From an uncultured Planctomycetales bacterium (lineage in GTDB: Bacteria > Planctomycetota > UBA1135), in NCBI GenBank assembly GCA_964591365.1, contig CAZQAP010000002.1, forward strand, positions 1-42,597: a DNA stretch of 42,597 nt, given 5' to 3'. Positions 35,886-42,597 of the stretch are shown piece after piece. The translations under genes were made by a program, and so were the position numbers. The notes under the pieces were generated by a model. That model had not been told where the DNA came from. It ran no database searches and saw nothing but the letters and a program-made list of their open reading frames with translations. Every line of letters starts with the position of its first letter. Position 1 is the first letter of the stretch.

Positions 35886-37904
35886 ATGAACGCTCCGTCC
35901 TGGCCTCCGCCGGTCGTGCGCCTGACGCCCGGGAAACGGGTCCTCTTTCTCACCCGCGATCTCGACCTGATCCGCCGCCAGCTCTACGAAGGGCTCGACC
36001 TGCGCATGGACGACCTGCGGGTCGAAGACCTGCTCGACGACGTCAACACCGACGTCATGACTCCTGCCTGGGCCTGCTTCAACCACCGGCCGGAGGATCT
36101 GGCCCGCCACGCCTATGCCGGGCTTCTCCACGAGAAGGAGCGCCTGTTCCGCGAGGGCGCCTTGATGGACGGGAACTTCGAGGTGATCGTGAGCGGACAG
36201 CGCAAGGGGACCGGCTCTTCGCGCGAGACGGCCGCCCAGGCCGAACGCTGGTGCGGGATCCGGATCGTGATCGCCGCGTCGTTCGCGCCCATCCACGAAC
36301 GCAACAACATCAACCTGGGCCAGTTGATGGGGGACCACGGAATCCTGGCCAGCCTCCAGGCCGGGGAGGGGGTGCCTCTGGACGAATTCACCGGGCGCTT
36401 CGATCCCGTCACGCGGCTGATCCTGGAGAGCGGCGGCCTGTTCGCGTTCGGCAGGCGCCTGAAGGCAGTTGAGATCGCCCTTCCGCCCCTGGAGACCGCG
36501 CCCCGTCCCATGACCCTCTTCGAGAAGATCGTGGCCTCCAAGCTCGTTGGCGGGGGGGATGGGCCCGCTTACGTCAAGCCCGGCGATTCCGTCCTGGTGC
36601 GCGCCGACGGCGGCTACAGCCACGAGTTCACCAGCGCCCAGGTGCACGAGTTCCTGCGCCAGGAGTTCGGGCAGGACTACACCGTCCAGCGTCCCGAGAA
36701 ACTGGCCGTTTTCGAGGACCACCTGCTCTATGCCGACGGCGTGGCCCGCATGGCCCCCTTCGCGGACAAGATCCAGATCCTGCGCGACCTGCAGAAGGAG
36801 TTCCAGGCGCACACCGGCGTGCGCGACTACTCCGCCGTGGACGGGGTTTCCCCCGGCATCTGCCACCAGGTTGCCCGGGAGGAGTTCATCGATCCGGGCG
36901 ATTTCATCGTGGCGACCGACAGCCACACCTGCATGGGGGGCGGCAACAACGCACTGGCCTTCGGCGTGGGCGCCACCGAGTACGCGGCCATGATCCATTC
37001 CGGCTACACCTTCGTGAGGGTGCCCGAATCGATCCGTTTCGAGCTGCAGGGCCGCCTGGACCCCGGCTGCACCGCCAAGGACGTCATGCTCCACATTCTG
37101 AAGGAGTTCGCCCGCAAGGAGCTGACCCTCGACCGCGCGATCGAGTTCGGCGGGCCGGGGCTGGCCAGCCTCTCCATGGACGAGCGCGCCACGCTCACCA
37201 ACATGGCCACCGAGTGCACCGCCAAGACCGGCATCTGCGAGGCCGACGAACGCACGCTTGACTGGCTGGTGGAGCGGCGCGCGGGGGTGACCCGCGACGA
37301 ACTCGCGGCCCGCACGGTGGCGCCCGACGAGCAGGCGCATTACGACGGCGGCATCTATCCAATCGACCTGTCGAGCCTGCGGCCCATGGTCGCCCATCCC
37401 GGCGATCCCGAAGGGGGCGTGCCCAGCGATCCGACCAACGGCATGCGAATCGAGGATCTGGAGGAGGTGCCGATCGACATCGCCTACGGCGGCTCCTGCA
37501 CCGCGGGGAAGGAGGACGACTTCCGCTACTACGCGCGCGTCGTGCGGGAAGCGGTGGAAGCCGGCTGGCGGGTGGCGCCCCGCGTGCGCTTCTACATCCA
37601 GTTCGGTTCGGTGGCGGTGCGCGATCTGGCCCGGCGCAAGGGCTGGACGGACCTGTTCGAGCGCGCGGGAGCCACGGTCATCAATCCCGGCTGCGGGGCC
37701 TGCATCGGCTGCGGACCCGGAGTCAGTGAATCGGAGGGCCAGGTCACCGTGAGCGCCATCAACCGCAACTTCCAGGGGCGCAGCGGCCCCGGGCGCCTCT
37801 ACCTCGCCAGTCCTCTGACCGTGGCCGCTTCGGCCTTCGCCGGCCGGATCGTGGCCTGGCATCCGGGGATGTTCGCTCCCAAGGCGGCCCAGGCCACCGC
37901 CTGA
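35886..37904 (+). CDS. aconitase-superfamily dehydratase with an N-terminal swivel (LeuD-like) domain fused to a LeuC-like catalytic domain
   Basis: Residues ~1-200 have LeuD-like motifs (DDVNTDVMTPAW; GQRKGTGSSRETAAQAE; IAASFAPIHERNNINLG). From ~207 the LeuC-like part begins (MTLFEKIVASKL, ATDSHTCMGG, GGSCTAG, NPGCGACIGCGPG, NRNFQGRSG). It is a single uninterrupted 672-codon frame. Confidence 0.8.
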   Translation: MNAPSWPPPVVRLTPGKRVLFLTRDLDLIRRQLYEGLDLRMDDLRVEDLLDDVNTDVMTPAWACFNHRPEDLARHAYAGLLHEKERLFREGALMDGNFEVIVSGQRKGTGSSRETAAQAERWCGIRIVIAASFAPIHERNNINLGQLMGDHGILASLQAGEGVPLDEFTGRFDPVTRLILESGGLFAFGRRLKAVEIALPPLETAPRPMTLFEKIVASKLVGGGDGPAYVKPGDSVLVRADGGYSHEFTSAQVHEFLRQEFGQDYTVQRPEKLAVFEDHLLYADGVARMAPFADKIQILRDLQKEFQAHTGVRDYSAVDGVSPGICHQVAREEFIDPGDFIVATDSHTCMGGGNNALAFGVGATEYAAMIHSGYTFVRVPESIRFELQGRLDPGCTAKDVMLHILKEFARKELTLDRAIEFGGPGLASLSMDERATLTNMATECTAKTGICEADERTLDWLVERRAGVTRDELAARTVAPDEQAHYDGGIYPIDLSSLRPMVAHPGDPEGGVPSDPTNGMRIEDLEEVPIDIAYGGSCTAGKEDDFRYYARVVREAVEAGWRVAPRVRFYIQFGSVAVRDLARRKGWTDLFERAGATVINPGCGACIGCGPGVSESEGQVTVSAINRNFQGRSGPGRLYLASPLTVAASAFAGRIVAWHPGMFAPKAAQATA

Positions 37905-37911
37905 CCTCCGG

Positions 37912-38095
37912 CTCCCCGGGGAAGATCGAAGAAAATAAACCGCGGAAACGCGGAAACGCGGAGAAGAAGAAGAAAAAGACAAGAGAGGGACGGGTCTTCC
38001 GCTTTTCTTCTTCTTCTTTTCTTGCTTTTCTCTTCTCCGCGCTCTCCGCGTCTCCGCGGTTCATCTTTCTTCTTTCTTTGGAGATCCTCGTCCCC
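37912..38095. repeat. long imperfect inverted repeat with a purine-rich left arm and a pyrimidine-rich right arm (low-GC island)
   Basis: The left arm is GAAGATCGAAGAAAATAAACCGCGGAAACGCGGAAACGCGGAGAAGAAGAAGAAAAAGACAAGAGAGGGAC. The right arm is GTCTTCCGCTTTTCTTCTTCTTCTTTTCTTGCTTTTCTCTTCTCCGCGCTCTCCGCGTCTCCGCGGTTCATCTTTCTTCTTTCTTTGGAGATC. The centre is near 37990-37996. Each arm carries three copies of CGCGGARA or its complement. Confidence 0.85.
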
Positions 38096-38171
38096 CAGGA
38101 TTCCCCAGGGCCCCAAGGAGGACCCGCGACCCACCCGAAGCCCGGAACCCTCCCGCGTTTATGATGGAGGC

Positions 38172-38696
38172 ATGCGGTGCCCCGCCTGCGGCCGGGATCT
38201 GGAGGAAAGAAGGGCCCGGGACGTTCGCGTGGACGCCTGTACGGGCGGCTGCGGAGGAGTCTGGTTCGACGCTTTCGAGCTGGAGAAGATGGACGAACCG
38301 CACGAAGGCGTCGAGGCCGGTCTTCTCGAACTCGAACCGCGGCCGGGCGCCGTCCCCGACCCGGAGAAGCCGCGCGACTGTCCCCGCTGCGAAATCCCCT
38401 TGATGCGGCATTCCTTTAGCGTCCGCCACCGCGTCCAGGTGGACGAATGCGGAAAGTGCGGGGGCATCTGGCTCGACGCGGGGGAACTGGCCCGCATCCG
38501 CAGCCTCTTTCCCACCGAAGCGGAACGCAAGGAGACCGCCCGCCGGACCTTCGAGGAAAGGTTCGGGCCGGAACTCGCCGCCATGCGGGCGGAAAGCCTG
38601 GAGGGACTCGCAAAGGCCCGGAAATTCGCCCGCCTGCTCCGTTTCCTCTGCCCGAGCTGGTACATCCCCGGGAAGCAGGACTGGGGCGCCTATTGA
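38172..38696 (+). CDS. protein with two TFIIB-type zinc-ribbon motifs
   Basis: ATG 38172. Two copies of the pattern CPxC...x(12-16)...C(G/T)xCGG(V/I)W(F/L)DxxEL (CPACGRDL...CTGGCGGVWFDAFEL and CPRCEIPL...CGKCGGIWLDAGEL). The C-terminal half is helical. Confidence 0.65.
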   Translation: MRCPACGRDLEERRARDVRVDACTGGCGGVWFDAFELEKMDEPHEGVEAGLLELEPRPGAVPDPEKPRDCPRCEIPLMRHSFSVRHRVQVDECGKCGGIWLDAGELARIRSLFPTEAERKETARRTFEERFGPELAAMRAESLEGLAKARKFARLLRFLCPSWYIPGKQDWGAY

Positions 38697-38714
38697 GCCC
38701 TGCGGGCTCGTTTT
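38695..38714 (+). terminator. candidate intrinsic terminator after the zinc-ribbon gene
   Basis: GAGCCC-TGC-GGGCTC stem-loop overlapping the stop codon, followed by GTTTT. Confidence 0.4.
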
Positions 38715-38732
38715 CCGGGTTGAAAAAAGGCC

Positions 38733-38763
38733 TTGAACCCTCACGCGGCGTCAGGGTTCCAAT
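38733..38763 (+). promoter_or_regulatory. MerR-type promoter/operator with a 19-bp spacer
   Basis: TTGAAC (38733-38738), 19-nt spacer, TCCAAT (38758-38763). The dyad GAACCCTCAC / GTCAGGGTTC (9 of 10 complementary) spans the -35 element and the spacer. It lies about 37 nt upstream of the MerR-family ATG. Confidence 0.6.
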
Positions 38764-38799
38764 GGCATCGTGGAACCCTGCCCGCGGTCGAAAAGAACC

Positions 38800-39546
38800 A
38801 TGAACGAGAAGCCTCTTCCCTGGAAGGTCGGCGAGGTGGCGCGGCGCACCGGTCTGACGGTGCGGACCCTGCACCATTACGACCGGCTCGGCCTGCTCTC
38901 TCCTTCCGCCCGGTCGCCCGCGGCGTACCGGCTCTACACCGCGGAAGACCTGGCCCGTCTCCAGCAGATCCAGTCGCTGCGCCAGCTCGGCCTGCCCCTG
39001 GCGGAGATCCGGACCTGCCTTGAGAGACGGGGCTTCTCTCCCGCCGCCATCGTCCAGCGCCATCTTCGAAAGATGAAGGAATGGATGGCGCAGCAGCGGG
39101 TCCTGGTCCAGCGCCTGGAAGCCCTGGCGGAAAGCCTGGAACGGGGCGGGAAGGTCTCCGTGGAAACCCTCGTCAAGACCATCGAAGAGATCACCAGAAT
39201 GGAAAAGTACTTCACACCCGAACAGAAGAAGCAGCTTGAGGATCGAAGAAAGACCCTCGGAGAGGAGAAGATCCGCCAGGCCGAAGCCGATTGGACCGAA
39301 TTGATCGCCCAGGTCCGGGCCGAAATGGAAAAGGGCGCCGACCCCGCCGGGGAATCGATGCAGCGGCTCGCGCGCCGCTGGGTGGAGCTCACGGGAGCTT
39401 TCACGGGCGGGGACCCCGGAATCGGGCAGTCCCTCTCCGAGATGTACCGGCAGGAAGGGCCCGCCGCGGCCAGCCGGGGCGCCCTCGACGGCGAGGTCTT
39501 CGCCTTCGCTTCGCGGGCGGTCCAGGCCTTGAAGGGCGCCCGGTAG
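38800..39546 (+). CDS. MerR-family transcriptional regulator, TipA/Mta-like (C-terminal TipAS-type effector domain)
   Basis: HTH WKVGEVARRTGLTVRTLHHYDRLGLL, a coiled-coil linker, and a C-terminal block KYFTPEQKKQLEDRRKTLGEE...W.EL typical of TipAS domains. ATG 38800 (alternative GTG at 38770). Confidence 0.82.
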   Translation: MNEKPLPWKVGEVARRTGLTVRTLHHYDRLGLLSPSARSPAAYRLYTAEDLARLQQIQSLRQLGLPLAEIRTCLERRGFSPAAIVQRHLRKMKEWMAQQRVLVQRLEALAESLERGGKVSVETLVKTIEEITRMEKYFTPEQKKQLEDRRKTLGEEKIRQAEADWTELIAQVRAEMEKGADPAGESMQRLARRWVELTGAFTGGDPGIGQSLSEMYRQEGPAAASRGALDGEVFAFASRAVQALKGAR

Positions 39547-39627
39547 ATAGCCCTTCTTTCCGCGGGGTCTTTCTCCCGGGCGGAGCTAGGCGGAGCTAGA
39601 ATGTTTCCTCATCAAGGAGAAGACCTC

Positions 39628-40692
39628 GTGGGAAGACACTACAAAATCGCTGTCGTCGCCGGAGACGGCGTCGGACCGGAAGTTGTCCGTGAAGGGCTGC
39701 GCGTGCTCGATGCGGCCGCCCTCCAATTCGGCTTTTCGGTCGAGAAGACCGAATACCCTTTCGGCACGGAGCACTGGCTGCGCACTGGAGAGATCTTCCC
39801 CGATTCCGCCTTCGAGGAGGTTCAGCGGCACGACGCGATCCTGCTGGGCGCCATCGGCGATCCCCGCGCACCCGTGGGCAAGATCGAGCGCGGCATCATC
39901 GGGCATCTCCGCTGGGATCTCGATCTCTACGTCAACCTGCGCCCGATCAAGCTCCACGATGCGCGCTTCTGTCCGCTCAAGGACACCCGTCCCGAGCAGG
40001 TCGATATGGTCTTCGTGCGCGAGAACACCGAGGACGCCTATGTCCAGAAAGCTTCCTTCGAGAACAAGGACACTCCCGGCGAGGTGGCCAGTCAGCCCAT
40101 GCTCTACACGCGCAAGGGGACCGAACGGATCATCCGCTACGCCTTCGAGCTGGCCCGCGGCCGGCCGCGCCGCAAACTCACCCTGGTCGACAAGGCCAAC
40201 GCCGTGCGCTCCCAGGACCTCTACACGCGCGTGTTTGCGGAAGTCGGGCGCGAGTTCCCCGAGGTGGAGACCGACCACGCCTACATCGATGCGGCCTGCA
40301 TGTGGATGATCAAGAACCCGGATTGGTTCGACGTGGCCGTCACGACCAATCTCTTCGGAGACATCATCACCGACATCGGCGCCATGATCCAGGGGGGACT
40401 GGGCATCGCCGCCAGCGGCAATTTCCATCCCGGCAAGCTGGGCCTCTTCGAGCCCATCCACGGCTCCTTCCCCAAGGCGGCCGGGAAGAACCGCGCCAAT
40501 CCTCTGGCCACGATCAGCGCCGTGGGCATGATGCTCGACTTCCTGGGCGAGAAGGAGGCAGCCCGGGCGGTGGACCAGGCCGTGGCCCACCTGCTGCGCT
40601 CCGGGCGCATCCCCAGCCTCAAGGCGGGGGCCCTGCCAACCGACCGGCTGGGAGGCATGATGATGGAGGAACTGGCGGGCGTGAAGGCTTGA
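39628..40692 (+). CDS. isocitrate/isopropylmalate dehydrogenase family enzyme, tartrate-dehydrogenase-like
   Basis: GTG 39628 lies 8 nt after AAGGAG (alternative ATG at 39601). Motifs IAVVAGDGVGPEV, LRWDLDLYVNLRP, VRENTEDAY, DKANAV, YIDAACMWM, TNLFGDIITD and HGSFPKAAGKNRANP. Confidence 0.85.
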   Translation: MGRHYKIAVVAGDGVGPEVVREGLRVLDAAALQFGFSVEKTEYPFGTEHWLRTGEIFPDSAFEEVQRHDAILLGAIGDPRAPVGKIERGIIGHLRWDLDLYVNLRPIKLHDARFCPLKDTRPEQVDMVFVRENTEDAYVQKASFENKDTPGEVASQPMLYTRKGTERIIRYAFELARGRPRRKLTLVDKANAVRSQDLYTRVFAEVGREFPEVETDHAYIDAACMWMIKNPDWFDVAVTTNLFGDIITDIGAMIQGGLGIAASGNFHPGKLGLFEPIHGSFPKAAGKNRANPLATISAVGMMLDFLGEKEAARAVDQAVAHLLRSGRIPSLKAGALPTDRLGGMMMEELAGVKA

Positions 40693-41921
40693 GCCCGGCC
40701 CCTGGGGCGGGGAGCAAGCGGCGCAACCTTTTTCTGCTGGCCATGGCCGAATTGCTGGCCATGGCGCTGTGGTTTTCCGCCTCCGCCGTGGTGCCCCAGC
40801 TCAGCGTGGCGTGGAAGCTCGAAGGAGCCCAGGAAGCCTGGCTCACCATGGGCGTCCAGATCGGCTTCGTGGCCGGGGCGCTCTTGAGCGCGCTGCTCAA
40901 TCTTCCCGACCGGTTCGACAGCCGCCGTCTCTTCGCCTGGAGCGCCTGCGGGGCCGCTTGCGCCAACGCGCTGATCCCCCTCCTGGATGCCGGCCTGGAA
41001 ATCGCCCTGGTTCTGCGCTTCCTCACCGGGATGGGGCTGGCGGGCGTCTACCCGCCCGGCATGAAGCTCATGGCGACCTGGTGCAAGCAGGACCGCGGCC
41101 TGGGGATCGGGATCCTGGTGGGGGCGCTCACGTTCGGATCCGCCCTGCCGCACCTTCTGAACGGACTGGGCTGGTTCGGGGAGGGGGGCATGCCGCCCTG
41201 GAAGCCGCTGCTGCTGGCTTCTTCCGTTTCGGCGGGAATCGCCGCCCTCATCGCCGCATTCCTGCTCCGGCCCGGGCCGCACCTGGGTCACAGCGCGCCT
41301 TTCCACTGGCGCCATCTTTTCCGGGCCTTCTCCCATCGTCCCACGCGGCTGGCCAACTTCGGCTACCTGGGACACATGTGGGAACTGTACGCCATGTGGG
41401 CCTGGGCGCCGTTCTGCCTGCTGGAAAGCTACAAGCAGGCTGGCTGGAGCCTGCAGGGCGCGCGCATCGCCGGGTTCGGAGTGATCGCGATCGGGGCCGC
41501 GGGCTGCGTTCTGGCCGGGGTCCTGGCCGACCGCTTCGGGCGCACGGCCGTCACCATCGGGAGTCTTCTCCTTTCGGGGAGCTGCGCCCTGGCGGGAGGG
41601 TTCTTCTTCGGCCATCCGGCACTTCTCACGGCCGTCTTCCTGGTGTGGGGCTTTGCCGTGGTGGCCGACAGCGCCCAGTTCAGCGCCGCGGTGAGCGAAC
41701 TGTCCGATCCCCGCTACGTGGGGACCGCCCTCACGGTGCAGACCAGCCTGGGATTCCTCCTGACCCTGGCGACGATCCGGATCGTTCCCCCGCTGCTCGA
41801 GGTTCTCGGATGGGAGCGCGTCTTCATGATCCTTGCCGCAGGGCCCGTCTTCGGGATCGCCAGCATGCTGCGGCTCCGCCGGCTTCCGGAGGCATCGCGG
41901 ATGGCCTGCGGTCATCGGTGA
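40689..41921 (+). CDS. MFS-type transporter (about 12 TM)
   Basis: TTG 40689 overlaps the dehydrogenase stop (TTGA); alternative ATG at 40743. It is hydrophobic throughout, with an MFS-like loop GVLADRFGRT. Confidence 0.72.
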   Translation: MSPAPGAGSKRRNLFLLAMAELLAMALWFSASAVVPQLSVAWKLEGAQEAWLTMGVQIGFVAGALLSALLNLPDRFDSRRLFAWSACGAACANALIPLLDAGLEIALVLRFLTGMGLAGVYPPGMKLMATWCKQDRGLGIGILVGALTFGSALPHLLNGLGWFGEGGMPPWKPLLLASSVSAGIAALIAAFLLRPGPHLGHSAPFHWRHLFRAFSHRPTRLANFGYLGHMWELYAMWAWAPFCLLESYKQAGWSLQGARIAGFGVIAIGAAGCVLAGVLADRFGRTAVTIGSLLLSGSCALAGGFFFGHPALLTAVFLVWGFAVVADSAQFSAAVSELSDPRYVGTALTVQTSLGFLLTLATIRIVPPLLEVLGWERVFMILAAGPVFGIASMLRLRRLPEASRMACGHR

Positions 41922-42053
41922 AACCCGGGCCGCTCCAGGACCGGCACGGGCCGCAAAACGCCCCGGTCTGGCTGCGGATTCCTGCGGAACCAAAGGGATC
42001 CTGGCGGGTTTTTCTCTTGAACCCCCCCTGTGGAGACAACAAAAGGAGACTCA

Positions 42054-42380
42054 ATGAAGAAATTCGCCCTAATCCTGCTGGTCCTGGCCGTTGTGGCCGG
42101 ACTTTCGTGGGGAACCACCGCCCAGGCCCAGTCCACCGACCAGGTGACCGTTCGGGGAGTGATCCTGGGGGTCAACCTCCAGCATCATGTTCTCGTCCTT
42201 CTGACCCGGCACGGGCGCCTTCACGTCCTCTTCGGGCCCGATACCGAGGTGTTCATCAACGGCCATCCTGCCCGGCCTTTCGAGCTCCACCGGGGCATGC
42301 GTGCGGAAGCGGCCGGCCGGAGGGTTCCCGGCCGGCGGGCCCTCGCCGCCCGGGTCATCCGGGCACGGACCCGAAGATAG
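42054..42380 (+). CDS. small secreted hypothetical protein (108 aa)
   Basis: AAGGAG lies 6 nt upstream of ATG 42054. Signal peptide MKKFALILLVLAVVAGLSWGTTAQA/QS. The C-terminus is basic. Confidence 0.55.
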   Translation: MKKFALILLVLAVVAGLSWGTTAQAQSTDQVTVRGVILGVNLQHHVLVLLTRHGRLHVLFGPDTEVFINGHPARPFELHRGMRAEAAGRRVPGRRALAARVIRARTRR

Positions 42381-42399
42381 GGGCCACGGGTTGTCCAAG

Positions 42400-42430
42400 G
42401 CGCCTGCCGGGATTCCCGGCAGGCGCTTTC
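42400..42430 (+). terminator. intrinsic terminator between convergent genes
   Basis: Perfect 12-bp stem GCGCCTGCCGGG (42400-42411) / CCCGGCAGGCGC (42415-42426) with a 3-nt loop, followed by TTTCC. Confidence 0.7.
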
Positions 42431-42451
42431 CTCGTAACCGGTTTCGGAAGG

Positions 42452-42597
42452 TTATTGGACGATCAGGACGCGCGGTTCGGTGGGCCGCGGATTGTTCTTC
42501 GCGTCCACCACGCCCTGGAAGAAGAAAGCCGTTCCCTGAAGACCGGGTTTGGGAGGAATCGTGAAGGGGAGGGTCGCGGATCCGGCGCCGATGGCCC
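42452..42597 (-). CDS. 3' end of a minus-strand gene running off the window (partial)
   Basis: My own translation of the minus strand gives ...GAGSATLPFTIPPKPGLQGTAFFFQGVVDAKNNPRPTEPRVLIVQ*, with a TAA stop at 42452-42454. It is not in the ORF track because its start lies outside the window. Confidence 0.4.
   Translation of the reverse strand, partial: AIGAGSATLPFTIPPKPGLQGTAFFFQGVVDAKNNPRPTEPRVLIVQ

Noticed and set aside
37759-38134. Minus-strand ORFs (37759-38064 and 37799-38134) encoding KEEEEKRK- and KKRRRRK-type low-complexity peptides, and the N-terminal part of plus-strand ORF 38022-38696.
   Set aside because: They are translations of the purine/pyrimidine arms of the inverted repeat. 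The zinc-ribbon protein has a sensible start at ATG 38172, downstream of the repeat.
39579-39598. The tandem direct repeat GGCGGAGCTA x2, just upstream of the dehydrogenase gene.
   Set aside because: There are only two 10-nt copies, which could be simple slippage. I saw no symmetry or other copies in the window and cannot support a function.

Overview
This is a gene-dense, visibly GC-rich (not computed) chromosomal segment from a diderm bacterium, since BamD-like, LptE-like and AsmA/TamB-like genes are present. I found no rRNA, tRNA, CRISPR array, transposase or integrase. Positions 1-19.8 kb are almost entirely minus-strand housekeeping genes in two long operons. The first runs alr, asmA-like, manC-like, ruvX, rnpB (RNase P RNA), then a Nudix-like gene and a small ORF. 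The second has ten genes: corC-like, recO, bamD-like, lptE-like, ftsH, folP, cdaA, cdaR, glmM, tsaB. Most of its junctions are 1-4 nt start/stop overlaps. A small plus-strand gene between the two operons encodes a histone-fold protein with a lysine-rich N-terminal tail. hutI (19.9-21.2 kb) is broken by a 1-nt frameshift inside a G10 run. The most unusual block is 21.8-31.0 kb. It holds five tandem minus-strand paralogs, each encoding a secreted protein with six or seven FG-GAP (integrin-alpha-like) blades carrying DxDxDG calcium loops. Each also ends in a conserved ~125-aa C-terminal module that I cannot assign to a known family. Positions 31.2-42.4 kb are plus-strand metabolism: two thiolases, two cyclophilins, an enoyl-CoA hydratase, and a fused aconitase-family protein with its domains in LeuD-then-LeuC order. 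After that come a ~180-nt low-GC purine/pyrimidine inverted repeat, a twin zinc-ribbon protein, and a TipA-type MerR regulator with a textbook 19-bp-spacer promoter. The block ends with a tartrate/isopropylmalate-dehydrogenase-family enzyme, an MFS transporter and a small secreted protein. All calls come from reading the translations and DNA by eye; no searches were run. Start codons given as GTG or TTG are inferences.
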